Positions 43,391-56,086 of a stretch of DNA of 64,000 bases are shown in pieces. The stretch is from Phaeosaccion multiseriatum. Taxonomy: Eukaryota; Protista; Ochrophyta, other classes. Position 1 is the stretch's first letter, and the number at the start of each line of letters is the position of its first letter. A program made the position numbers and the translations under genes. Below the pieces are notes generated by a model. The model searched no databases. It was not told the origin of the DNA and saw only the letters and a program-made list of their open reading frames with translations. The DNA is taken from positions 3,286,001 through 3,350,000 of the forward strand of contig OZ218953.1 in assembly GCA_965112735.1 (NCBI GenBank), read 5' to 3'.

Positions 43391-45876
43391 ATGGACAAGG
43401 CGGCGAAGGCGGGCCGGGCTCCGCCTGCCTCTCACCAGCCCCAAGTCGCCGCCGAGAAACAGCCCTCGTAAGTAACTGACTCTCGTGTTGCCGCTTCGGC
43501 CGCCGCGCCAGCCCAAAGCAGCGCCTCGACTTGTCGGCGTGTCTCCTTATTCGCTGCGTCTTCTTTCTCTCTCTCTCTCTCTTCCTGGCCTGACTACAGA
43601 GCATCGTCACCGTCAAAATCAGTGATGTGCGGGGGTCGGGGCTGCACCAAACACGCCGTGTACGGATACCCGGGGAGCAAGCCCGGCTTCTGCAAGACTC
43701 ACAAGGCGGAGGGCATGGAGGTGCGTAGGGCGTGACCGTGGCAACGAAGGGGGCGCGCGGGGAGGCGCGTGAGCAGGCGAAGAGTCCCCCTCCTCTCTGC
43801 CCGGTCACCGCCACTTGCCACCCCCCCCCCTCCCCCCTTACGTATACCATGCAGGATGTGAAGAAGCGCAGACGCTGCCAGCACGAGGGCTGCGACAAGA
43901 GGGCCTACTACAACTTGCCTGAGGAGCGCCGCCCCGAGTTCTGCCGCGAGCACAGGACAGCCGAGCACGTTAATGTGAATCACGGTACGCGCGTGTGCGG
44001 AACGGTGTGTCTGTCTCTGGTCGGCAGTGTGTGTGGTAGAGCTTGGCCACTTTCTCGGCACAGCTTGACTGACTGCTAACCTACCGTGGTGGAATGGCCG
44101 CTCGCTCGCTCATTGTCTCTCTGCAAACGGGCGAAGCCAGGCATAGCTGATCTAATTGACGACAGCGCACTCCCGATGTGATGCCTTTCCGTCTTGCCTT
44201 CTGTCCGTCCGACTCCTCGCGGCTCGACTGACTGTGGCTGGCCTGTGGCTTGACTGACTACAGCTAGCTGCGCATCGGAGGGGTGCCTCAAGAGGCCCCG
44301 CCCGAAGGGCTTGTACTGTGCCGGACACCGCGACGAAGCAAACCACCCAAAGCACGGCGGCACCAGCACCAGCACCAGCACCAGCAGGAGCTGCGTGACC
44401 ACCACCAGCCGCCACGACCACCGCCACCTCGCCCCCTCCCCCACCTTCGCCCCGCCCGTCGAGGCTGGACCCGCGCCTCAGGGCACGGACAAATCGACGG
44501 GGGAGGTTGGTGGTGTGGGTCGTGGGGGTGGTAGTGGTATTGGCTCTCTGAGTGGTCGCCAGCTGCTCCTATCGAGCTCCAGCCGCGGTAGAAGCTCTCT
44601 GCGCGGATGGCCTGGAGGAGCGGACCAGGGAATGCCCGAATCCAAACGGCAGAGGCTGAGCCCATTCGTCAGTACCGCCAGAAAGTGTGCCGCTGACGGT
44701 GCCGCAGCAGCCACGTCGGCCCAACAGCGATGGTCGGTAGAAGGAAAAGGAGGAAACAAGGGAAACGAGAGAGAAGTGGAAGATAAAGGCCACCAAGGAC
44801 AGCAGGATCAAGATGCGGGTGCCTCTGGTGTCGTCAGCAGCTTGTCGTGGAAAGGCGCCGCGGCAGAGAAGGAGGGGCCGAGGAGGCAATGGTGCGACGA
44901 CTTGCTGATGGAGTTTGAGAACGCAGTCAATATAGAGCACAAGCTCCTTAATGCTACCACGGGGCAAGGAGCAGGAGCAGCAGCAGGAGCAGCAGCAAGA
45001 GCAGTGGCAGGAGGGGGGAGGGAGGGCGGAGGGGGAGGGGGGAGGGAGAGGGGGGTGGGAGGAGGGGCTGCATCCGAGGGACACTCTGCGCTACTGACGA
45101 CGGCGGGGGACTCGAGCGAGAACGATAAGCACAAAAACGACGACGACGACGTTCGACGTCTGTTGGAAGAGTTGGGAGAGCCGCCCAGTCAGGACGGTCT
45201 TGCTCTGCGACCGAAGCGTACTCCGGCTGGTCAGGACAGTCCACTGGCGCTGCTTCGACGAAAGAATGCAGGCCGTCATTCATCGTTGGAAAGGGTGAGA
45301 GAGCGAGGGAGAAAGAGGGGGGGCGAGATGTGTTGGTATGTTCAGGGCCAGCAGCTTCATTCCAGAGAGAGAGAGAGAGCCGGCCGCGCTTGTGTTGTGC
45401 CTTTTCTTTCCCTTAACCCCCCCACCACCCTTCCCTCCGCCGCCGCTTCTGCGCCCTCCTCACCCTCGCCATCCATACCTCTCTCGTCGCGTGATATCTT
45501 CCGCTGTTTCTTGATGACCGACTGACCCATCGCCGACTGACCGACTGACCGACTGACCGACTGACCGACTGACCGACTGACCTTGTACTCGCGGTGGGTG
45601 CGACTCTCGCAGGAGAGACAGCTAGGGTCATCGTCAACGTCATCAAGACTCTCGTCCCCAGAAGTGTCCCTTCTTATGGGCTTACTCGCCGCGGCCGACG
45701 GTACCCTCGGTGCTGGTGGGGGGGGGGGGGGAGGGGGAGGGAGAGGGGCTGCTCGCTCGCCGGGCGGTGGTGTATATGGGGACGGTGATGATGATAATGA
45801 TGCTAGCATCTTCCCTCAAGACGCCAGCCTCTTCTCTCTGGCGGAACATAGGGAGGAGGACTGGGCGTGCTCATGA
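43391..45876 (+). CDS. EsV-1-7 cysteine-rich repeat protein with a long disordered C-terminus
   Basis: Exons 43391-43467, 43600-43720, 43855-43984, 44264-45294, 45613-45876. CGGRGCTKHAVYGYPGSKPGFCKTHKAEGME|DVKKRRRCQHEGCDKRAYYNLPEERRPEFCREHRTAEHVNV, plus a degenerate third unit CASEGCLKRPRPKGLYCAGH. Confidence 0.8.
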
Positions 45877-46558
45877 GCCAGTCAGACGCACCGTAAATTA
45901 ATTTAAGAGCAAAAAATGGCGATGGGTAGTAAGGATTTCCACCGCAGTTGGATTTAAAGGCAATGGATAAGGATTTCCACCGCACTCTGCTCTGCGCTGG
46001 CTGCCCTCTGGGACTGAGCGGCGTGCTCTCCCTTCGATTCGAGCACTCAGCCTGATTGACTCGCTCTCGCGTATTGCTCGCTGCCATATGTCGCATGATG
46101 GGAGATCGATCCATATGTACATCCCTCTCAGGGCCCACTCAGTCATCGGGTCAGTCCTCCAGAGCACCGCTACGGATGTGTAGACTGCAACCCACAGTAT
46201 AGTAAGAGCCCTTCGTGCAGGCCACACGCCCTAACGAGCGAAACTGTCTCCAACCCCATCCCAACCCAGACAATGAACACACACGCTGCCCTCTCTCTCT
46301 CTCTCGCTCTCTCCATAACGGTCGATTCACGCGCACACACACGTGTTCCGGCAGGTCCAAGTCGCAAAGGTATAGGACAGGCGAGAGCGAGTGGAGCACT
46401 CTCGTCCCTCCCCTCCCTTCGTGCGAAGAGGTGAATCGAGAGCACTCTACCTCCCTTCCCTGCCTTTCCCTCTCCTCTCCTGCCTGCCACGCCCCCACAG
46501 CCTCTCTCCACACATACACCACTCCCACCCTCCGAGCTGCCCCCTCGCCTCCTCAGTC

Positions 46559-48535
46559 TCAGTTGTTCATGTTCCTGCCCTCGACGTTAACATTGGCTGC
46601 ACGTCCAATCTTCTTCTTGCCTCTCCCCACGTCCTGCATTCGCTTGGACAGCTGAGCCCGAGCGCCTCCATCGTCCTTGGGCTGTGGACCACGCACGCAG
46701 GAGAGACAGAGATATAGACAGACAAGACACGTAGAAAATATGCAGCGGAGCGCAGGAGGAGAAGGCGGGGCAGGAGGGCAGGTAAGTACATACACGTAAA
46801 TCAATCAACCAGCCATACCACAAACCAACAAGCCAACCAACCCACCCACCCCCGCCAACCAGCCAATCACCCAACCAACCAAACAACCAACCCAAGCTTT
46901 ATTCCTCCTTGAAAGCACACTTGAAACAAATCCCCAACTCCATCAACTCCATCACCCCTCACTCACCGTTCGTCGGACCGACTCTGCGCTGACCTTACTC
47001 TGCGGGCGGTACTTGAAGCTGAAGCCCGACGAGTAAGGGATGCGCACCCTCGCCCCTCCATCGTCCTTCTTCTTGTCGGATTGGAGCATGGCCCCGAGGT
47101 TCTGAGCACCCCCTCCAGCACTGCTACCACTGCCTCTGCGACTCTTCTATTGAGGGTTTTGGGTGTTTGTATGTTTCGTTTGTTGTGTTGTTGTAGGGGG
47201 GGGGGGGGGGGCAGAGAGGGGAGAGAGGTAGGGCAGGGCAGGGGAGGGGATGTCAGCTCAGCACTCTCCACTCTTCAACATCCACACACAGCGCACTACG
47301 CATAGAGAGAGGGAGGCATGATGCTCACATAGCCCTCCTTGCCCCTTGTGCGCGTGAGAGTACTCAGCAGACACCCACCCACGCACCTCCTTCGGGGTCC
47401 TCTGGCGATCCCTGTCCATTTCGCGTTCATCCAGCACCTGTGAAAAAGCGCGCATATTCGTGTCCTTCTGAAAGATCGGTCTGCAGATAGACAAGGCCAG
47501 GGAGCAGGGAGGAAGGGAGGGACGGAGGGAGGGGATAAAGTTAGAGCGAGGTACGTCAGATGATGGCCGTGGATGAGGAGGAGGAGAAGGGAGAAGGAAG
47601 ATGGAGGGAGGGGGGGGGAACGAGCGCGGGTAGACAAGAGGGTGAAAAATGCACAGAGAAGAAACAAGATTTTTATTTCTTTTCTTCTTTTCTCTTCTTC
47701 CTCGTACCTATTCCACTTTTCGATGATGCTCCGCAGCTTGGCCTTGTTCTCGGCCGTCTCCTGCGAGGTGAAACGAATGCGGACAAGACAACGCAATCAA
47801 CTGACCATCCCCATGTACTACACATACAGTTGTAGAACAGTTGGAAAGGCGGCGAACAAACCAACCCCTGTTACAGGCCGTAGAGGATGGAACTTCAAAT
47901 CCATCCCTCACTTGGCCCTCATCTTGTGATGCGTCAGTCTCTCTACCATTCAAGTAGGCATGCGTAAGGATCACTTAACCTACCTCCGGGTGCTTCCACA
48001 GCGTAAGCACCACCTTCCCTACTCCGCTGCGCTTGAGATGATCGATCTGGCATGGAAGGGCGAAGAGCAACGCGAAGATGCCTGGAAAGGAGAGGGGCGG
48101 GGGAGGAGGGGCGGAGAATGGGCAAGAGAGAGGAGTGGTGATTACTGCAGCACAGACTGAAAAGGCAGCACAAACCCAGAACATAGGTAGGTAGGTAGGT
48201 AGGGAGGGAGGGAGGGAGGGAGGGAGGGAGGGAGGGAGGGAGGCAGGGAGGGAGGCAGGCTGGTAGGTACACCAGAGGGGCATCCGAATCAATCGCCAGG
48301 GTGGAAATTGCACCAGCCAGAGAGTCTCAGAGACACAAGCGAGAGAGAGAGAGAGAGTGTGTCAAGAGGAAGAGGGAGTGGCCTCCTACCTTTCCGGACG
48401 GAGAGGTTGGGCAGTGTGTTGTTGGAGTAGGGCTGTATCCAGCGAGCCATCACGCCCAACAAGTCATAGTCCAGGAGAGTGTCCTGTGGTATGGGGCGTC
48501 CATTCCCCAGAGCATCGGGGGGCAGGCAGGCAGAG

Positions 48536-48574
<39 letters not shown>

Positions 48575-49982
48575 TGAAGAGAGAGAGAGAGAAAGTGGGG
48601 GGGGGGGGGTTGCCAAGGTTGTTGAGAATGGGAGATAGGAATGTGGGGCATGGGAGAGGTCGGGGAGAGGAGCGCACACGCCGTACATGCGTCCCGATGG
48701 GAGGGCGGAGTCATCACACACAATGTCCGCGAGAGAAGGAGGAGGAACGGCCCGCAGGTGGGAAAGAGGCAGCAGGCTAGCCGCTTGGAAGGCAGACAGG
48801 CAGGCATACGTATCCACCCACCCACCCATGACGTAACCGACCTGCAGCTCCTTCTTGTTGAGTGTCTTGGTTACGATTTTGAGCATCTTGAGCTTGGCCA
48901 TGGCGGGCACCCCCTCCGACACCGCGGCCTCGTCCTCCTCCGCCACGCTGTTCATGCGGTACAGGAAGTGCTGGGAAAAATCCTCTCGCTGGGGCGAAGG
49001 AGAGGAGAGCAAGCGAGGAGCGGAGGGGGGGTAGAGTGATGGGGAGGGAGTACAGGGAGAGGCGGGCATCAGCAGCAGCAGCAGGGAGGAGAAAGGGGGG
49101 GGGGGGGGGAGATGGAGCCTCTGTGCAAATTCCACAAATCCCATCCCTCCTCACTTGGTCGCTGTTGAGCTCCTGCCCCTTGACTCTCTTGTTGGCCTGC
49201 ATTGCCTGGTCCAGCCAGCTCTGCCCGTCCGGCGCCTCCTCCTTGCCATCCTCCTCCGCCTCCTCGGCCTCATCGAACTTGGCCTTTGTCCGTCCCAAAA
49301 GCTTGTCCTGCGCGTCGTAGTCGGCCACCAACTCATCATCATCCCCTTCGCGGTCGATAAAGTCGTCGTCCTCCGACTCCGCGGGAGGCAGATTGTCGCT
49401 ATCGTACTCCTCCGGTGCTGCGGTCGCACCTGCCCCCGGCCCTTCCTCTCTACTCCGCTTCTTCAGCCTACTGCTGCCGCCACTCGCACCTGCTCTTCCC
49501 TTCCCTGCGCTTTTACTATTATCCCTCGCTCGTTTCGCGCCCTTTCCCCCTCCCGCTGCCCCTGCTGATGACGCCCCCTTGGGCGCCTGCTTCTTCCCCT
49601 TGCTCAAGACCCGGCTCTTCTTCAGGGTCTTGCCCCCGCCTTTACCCGCCCCAGCCTCATCCCCGCTCGCGTCACTGTCCTGCAAGTCGTTGTCGTCATC
49701 GTCCGAGTCCGAGTCCAACCCTGCCAAGGTCTTCTTGCTGGGCTTGACCGCCTGCTCGTCCTCGCTACCCCCGTCACTGTCATCATCACTATCGCTGTCC
49801 AGGCCTACCGCCTTGGCAGCTGCAGAACTTGCGGAAGCCCCACCACCTCCCGCACCGGCCGCTGCTGCTTTGTCGCCTGCTGGCGGTGGGTTCACGACGG
49901 CCTCATCGTCGCTGCTGTCCGACTCATCGTCGCTCCCAAATATGTCCTTGCTTGCTCCCCCGCCCGACTTTCCTGCTGACAT
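46559..49982 (-). CDS. IWS1: Transcription elongation factor IWS1/SPN1
   Basis: 8 exons: 49982-49155, 48988-48842, 48483-48390, 48081-47984, 47760-47708, 47480-47387, 47146-46967, 46681-46559. Acidic N-terminus (DIFGSDDE), PAMAKLKML, WIQPYSNNTLPN, LKRSGVGKVV, HPE|ETAENK, IEKWNRPIF, NVEGR C-terminus. Confidence 0.93.
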
Positions 49983-50181
49983 GCTTAGGATCCTTCCTCT
50001 TCTCCTTCCTCTATCTCCTTCTGCCACTTTGCGTCCTTCTCTCTTTCTTTATCGATCATCTGCCCAAATCATCAATAATCCTATGGGCTGGATCCGTACA
50101 CTTTGCTTCTCGCTTTCTCGTGAGGGAAGATTTTTTTCCCTTCCTCGTCGAGGGCTTGAGGTGGAGAGTGAGGGAAGGGGG

Positions 50182-53100
50182 ATGAACGGGCAGGAAGGGT
50201 ATTCCAGGGAGTGGGGCCAGAGAAGCCAGCAGCCTTTTTATCCTCAGAACCAGCAGCAGCAGCAGCAGCACCAACTGCAGTTGCACCATCAGCAGCAGCA
50301 GCAGCACCTCCAGCAGCAACAACAACAACAGCAGCACCAGCAGCATGTACAGCATCCACCGCCACCTTTGCCTCCTGGGGGTGGAGGTTGGGAGGGCGAC
50401 GCGTTTCACTTTAGAGGCGCCCAATCTGGAGGAGCAAGAGCTTCAGAGCTTCACCATCAGATGCAGCAGCAGCAACAGCGGCAGCAGCAGAAGCATTGGG
50501 GCGGCGCGAAACACGCGGAGCTGCTTTCCGGGCAGAAGAAATCTTCAGGCCTAAAGGTAGCTGCCGGTGAGTTTATCCCCAAAAGCCTGGCAGGGGCCGG
50601 CGCAAGTGCAAGTGAAGCGGCAGTGGCAGGAGCAGAAGCCGAGAGCGACCTCAAAGCGACCGCTGGCGAGTTCGTGCCGGGGGGACCCGTGAATATCAGC
50701 ACTGAGGTACCAGTGGAGAACGAGAGCATAGCACAGGTGTTCCGAGAAGGGTACATGCTGCTGGTGAAGGAGAGCGATATCCAGGAGCACGACCAAGTAT
50801 TGGCCACAAACGTCATGGAGAGAGAAGAGGGCTTTGGCTGGGCGGGCGACTCATCGAGCATGCCCGTGCAGAAGAGGAGAACCCTGCATAGCTTAGCGGT
50901 CCCAGACGAGCTGTGGTGAGTCATGGGGCGAGCGAGGAAAGTCTCTCTGTCTCTCTCTCTTTCTCTTCCTTCTGCATGTCCTGTGTGGGCCTGGTCCTCA
51001 CAACACTTGCCTAACTGTGTGCATCTCGACCCCCCCCTCCCTCCCCCGTCCTTCCTCCGCGTGGAAAGGACCATCTTCCAGCAAGAAACCCTGGCCATGA
51101 TGAAGCAGCTCCCCCCTGACGACCCCAGGCTCAAGGAGGTCAGTTCAGTGTTGTGAGGGGCTTGCTTGCTTGCTTGCGCATGCTTGTTTAAACTCTTTCT
51201 TACGCTTCCCTGGTCTCTTCTATCCATGACCCCTCCCCCCTTCCCTACATCCAAAATTGCCACAGATCCCAAACAAGTTCTATGGAGTATTCCCGTTGGA
51301 CGACCCCCGAGTGGAGCGCGGCTCATCGGGGTCATTCGGCTACCCAAGCTGTACCTACAAGGCGGTTTCCGAGGAGGACGGGCACTGCTACGCCCTCCGC
51401 AGGTTTGACAATGTGCGTACCTCACCCAAGATCGTGGCCGCGGCAGTGGAGGCTTGGGTAATGCTGCCCGCGCACCCAGGCATCGTGCAAGTACGGGAGG
51501 CCTTCGCGAATAGAGGTCGGTCGGTCTGTCCGTCTGTCTGTTGGTCACGCTTGTGTTTGTCTATTTGTATGTCTCCAACACGACCCACCACCCACTACTC
51601 CTCCCCTCTCTGTTGTGGACACCTACTCGCACAAGAACGAAACCAACGCAACGCAAAAATCTTGCCCAACCAACCACCAAACCTACATATCCATCGCATA
51701 CATACACAACGAAATGGAACAAACCCACCACCCACACCCACACATCCTACCACAACCACAACCAAAACAACACCAAAACACCACCACAACCGCAGCGGCG
51801 CTGTTCTTCGCCTGTGACTACTACCCCGGCGCGCAAACCCTCAGAGAGCACTTCCTGGACAAACAAGGCGGGCTTTTGTCTGAGCCGCTGCTGTGGAACT
51901 TTGCTTGTCAGCTCGTGGCAGCCTTAAGGACCGTGCACTCAGCCGGCCTGGCCTGTCGCCAGATCAGCCCTTCCCATGTGCTTCACACGTCGGGGGGCAG
52001 GCTGCGTCTCAATTGGATGGGCTGTGTTGACGTGCTGGAGTTCGAGGCTCGGAAGCAGGTGGGTGGGTGTAGTATGCGAAAGGGTGGGTGGGTAAATGGG
52101 ACAAGGGACGGAGGGGGGGGCGGGGCCGGGGATTAAGTAGTTTGTAAACCCATGTTCACACTTTCCGCCCAAGAGTGGAGGAGGAGGAGGAGGAGGAGGA
52201 GGAGGAGGAAGAAGAGGAGGAAGAGGAGTGGGTGCAGGCGCAGAGAGCGGCTCGTCGCGTCGTCTTGACCTTGATGCCGCATGCTGCATGACCCGCTTCG
52301 TGCCGCCTCTCGGTTTGCTTTTGTATGCTCTGTCTACATGCCTCTATATTCCTTCCCTCTCTTTGCCACGTAACGCTCGCCCATCCATCCACCCCTCCAT
52401 CTCCACCCTGTGCATCCGTACGTGCGTGCGTGCAAGCAGTTGCCCGACATGCAAAAGGATGACCTCTTGGCGCTGGGCAAGCTCATGCTCTCGCTGGCCA
52501 CTCGGCTCATCAGCACGGCCCAGAACCAGCAGGAGGGCCTCGCCTTCGTGGCGCAGCAGTACTCCATGGATATGCACAACTTCATCGCCTCCCTCATCTC
52601 CAAGCCACAGACCGTGTTTGATGTGTGCAGAAACATTGCCCATCACCTCGTGGACAGCTTGGACGTTGCCCACAGGTAGGCAGGCAGGCAGGCAGGCAGG
52701 CAAGCAGGCGGGCATTTCTCTCTCTCTCTCTTCTTTCCCTCTCTCTTTTGTTCTCTCTCTCTCCCTATCTGTTGTGAGGAGTGAGTGAGTGAACGATTGA
52801 GCGACTGCGAGGAAGTTTCGTATGATCACATTTATCACCCGTCCTTTCCTCCCGTCTCCCTGTCACCTCTGCTCCTCCTCAGCGCCTGCGACAGTTTACA
52901 GGGGCACCTCGGCCACGAGTACGACAACGGCAGGCTGCTGCGTCTGCTGCTCAAGCTGGGCACCATCAACGAGAGGGCAGAGCACCAGAGGAACCCGCAG
53001 TGGGCGGAGACGGGTGACTGCTACATTCTCAAGCTCTTCCGAGACTTCCTCTTCCACCAGGTCAGTGAGTGAGTGAGTCGATCGGTTCTGGCTCGGGGCT

Positions 53101-53449
53101 GGCTTGCGGCTGCTGCCGCTGCTGCTCGTATTGCTGCTCTCACTGCAGCGTACGTAGCACACGTTGTGTCCCCGAACTGCCCCTGACCTTCCCTCCTTCT
53201 TGTTGTTGCTTGTTGCCTCAGGTGAACGAGGAGAACAAGCCGGTGATGGACTTTGGGCACATTCTGCAGTCCCTCAACAAGCTCGACGTGGGTGAGCCGG
53301 AGAAGATCCTGCTGACCTCGAGGGACGAGAAGAACATCCTCGTGGTGACGTTCGAAGACGTCAAGAGATGCCTTGACGCGGCCTTCCACGACCTCTTCGG
53401 CCCACCACCGGCAGCCCATCCGCAGCAGCAGCTTCAGCAGCAATACTAA
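50182..53449 (+). CDS. PAN3: PAN2-PAN3 deadenylase subunit PAN3 (pseudokinase)
   Basis: 7 exons: 50182-50915, 51069-51138, 51266-51515, 51796-52058, 52440-52675, 52883-53060, 53222-53449. SFGYPSCTYKA, YALRR, HPGIVQVREAF, DYYPGAQTL, ALRTVHSAGLAC, NGRLLRLLLKLGTINER, WAETGDCYILKLFRDFLFHQV, LNKLDVG. Two PAM2-like motifs. Confidence 0.96.
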
Positions 53450-53599
53450 AGCACAGACTAATAAAACAGTCTCATATTCAGTCGAGAAGTCACAGCTGCT
53501 GCCACGCCAGGCCAAACCCTCAAAGCCCGACCTGTCTCTCTCCCTCTCTCTCACTCGCACCCTTACGCCCTTTGCCTCTTGTGCGGCGGTCGGTCCTCC

Positions 53600-55687
53600 T
53601 CAATTGATGACGAGCTTGACGTCACCCCAGCCATACCTGCGTGACGATGAGGGGGGTTTGTGTTGGCTTCGCCTAGTGGTTGTGGGAGAAGTGCTTCCTC
53701 TTTGTACACACACGCGAACAACTGTTTGCTTGTTGGGGGCGGGGGGGGGATCGTAAAAGTCCAACCAGCCGCGACGCATGTCCCCCCTCAACTCAAAAGC
53801 TGTTTTTTTTTTGCTGCTGGTCCTGCCTGCGCTGACTTACCAAGCCTTGTGCCTGTCGAAGAGGGCCCTGAGCTCTGTCACAAAGAGGCTGTGGTATTGC
53901 TCAATGAGGGCGTCTGTGATGGCTTCTTCGGCCGTCTTGGGCACGTCGATCGGCACCCCCGTCACTGAGAAAGGGGGAGAGAGGCCAAGCGCGGCGTGAG
54001 CGTCAGACGAATCGTCCCTCTAAAGCAGTGTGAGGGAGAGGCCGGTAACAGCTGAACAAGAGACGCCCGGCGCAGGCCTTTCTCCTCTGCCCCTGGCCCT
54101 CCTCCCTACTCCTCTCGTCCCTTCTCCTCTCAACCTGTGTAAAGCGGGACGCGATGAAGTAGGGGCAATCCCCACCTTCCGTACACAAGCACCAGACCTG
54201 TTGGGCATATGGAAAGGAAACACAGCAGAAAGGCGTCGATTATTTGTATAGCAAAGACAGGGAGGGGCGTGTGTTTCCGTGTATGTTCTGGCAGGCGACC
54301 TGCTTACCAGCGCCGAGCTTCCTGGAGAGAGTCCTGAAGTACGCAACACACAAGGGGGGGTGGGACACGGCGGGCGGTGGGCAGACTATGTCAGTTGCGT
54401 GCACCTTGCCTTGCTAGCACTCCTTTCTCTTTTGCCTACAATAGCACTCCTTTCTTTACGGGAGTGCCATGCTTTCTTTCAGCCGATCGTGTCCACTCAC
54501 TTGAGGAGGGACCCACTGCTGTACAAGGCGGAGATGATCTTAGTGTTTCCGAAACAGTAACCCGGCACTGCGCATGCATCAAGGATGCCGCAAGGAGGGA
54601 ACAGCAAAGTATTGATGTTGATGTTAGTGTGTACCATGGACGGAGGAAAAGAGCTTCAATGGAAGGAATCAGTTCTGTTGTCCACATGTGCCGTACCTAA
54701 TTTGCACCCCGTGCGCAGCGCAAGCTTCACAAACCCTTTCCGTTCCGTCATGTAAATAACCTGATCAATCGGCGAGGGGCAGGGGAGGGGGGGGGACACG
54801 CTAATGGGTGGGGGGAGAAGAACCACACAAAGAAAGACAAGACAGCAAAGTCAGCCCCTTGCACTTCACTTGCCCACCCCACCCACCTCGTTGGCGGACA
54901 TCACATGGAAGATCTCTGCCACCCCACCCGGTGACAGCCCGAGAGAGTACCCGTCATCGAGCATTCCTCTCGCCTTCTCCTTGGTGGCTTCTATGCACCC
55001 GATCCAAGTCATGACGTGGCGGATGATGGGCACTTCTAGAGCACGGGACGATGTCATCCCCCTCAGCACGTAGCCCCAAATCCTTGGCCAGGCGCCAATC
55101 ATGAGAATATTGGCCATCTGCCAGCAGATGAGTCCCCCCCCGCACAGACCCACAGGTAAGCAAAAGGCAGCAGTAAGTATCGAACATATGGAAACTTCCT
55201 TCGCTTTCCCGGAAGTACGCACCGGGAGGACTCCGTGAGGGGGCGCCACCACAAGATACTTCGCCCCTTCTTCATCCAGAGGCGCTTCCCAAGCGTAAAT
55301 TGCTGATGCATAGCGAAACAATACAGAGAAGTGGCTGCCGCAGAACTCCTTCCACGGCCGAAGCGGCCACAGCACCAAGACAAGCACGCATACCACAACC
55401 GCCCCCCACGTCCAACACGTCCACGACGGGGCGATGAAGAGCAGGAGGAGAACGATGACAGGGCTGGCAAAAACGAGGCCAGGGAAGATGAGAAAGAGAA
55501 GGGAGGCAAGCACATCCTCCCCCCAGGACAGGGCTTGCGCCTGCGCCTTGACGGACGGGTCCATCAGAGGCTTTACCAAGGGCTGCAGCACTCGATGTCT
55601 CTCCTCGCGATTCAGGGAGAAGGTCTCCGCCGACACCAAGTGCTGAAGCGATACCATGCCCTGCTTGGGCAGCCCTTCAGGCACCAT
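53600..55687 (-). CDS. Diacylglycerol acyltransferase type 2 family (DGAT2/MGAT-like)
   Basis: 8 exons: 55687-55223, 55117-54887, 54760-54697, 54567-54501, 54333-54308, 54197-54135, 53964-53841, 53636-53600. Two N-terminal TMs, PPHG, PGGVAE, RKGFVKLAL, VPGYCFG, GRWGLP, GVPIDVP, YH...LFDRHK. Confidence 0.92.
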
Positions 55688-56086
55688 CCTCAATATACTC
55701 CTTTTCGGTGTCTCCCCTTGACTATTGTGCCTGCTTCTCTTCCTGAGAACGCGTGCTTCTTACTGTACTAGTAGGGGGCGAGAAAACCCCGCCAGAAGAC
55801 CCCGTCTTGCTTGCTGTAGGAGGGGGAGAAGATGAGGTATATAGGGGGAGAAGAGGATAAAGATGTGTATATTACACCCTTAAGTGCCGAGAAAGAGAAG
55901 CAAGGAGGATACAAAACCTTAAGGGGAAGAGAAAGGTTTATATATTACACCCGGAAGAGAAAGAGAAGGATTTTACGGTTGGGTCTGTGTAGCAGTTGGT
56001 GGCACAGCACTCGCCATTTGCATTTTCCATCGCTTGGTTGTGGCTGTACTGTACTCACGTTTTATACCGTTTGATGTAGCCCCAGC

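Noticed and set aside
45930-45984. CRISPR-like repeat-spacer-repeat
   Set aside because: Only two 17-bp copies, eukaryotic context, no cas genes.
47860-47920. Hairpin followed by ACA in an IWS1 intron
   Set aside because: No partner hairpin or H box, and no recognisable rRNA target.
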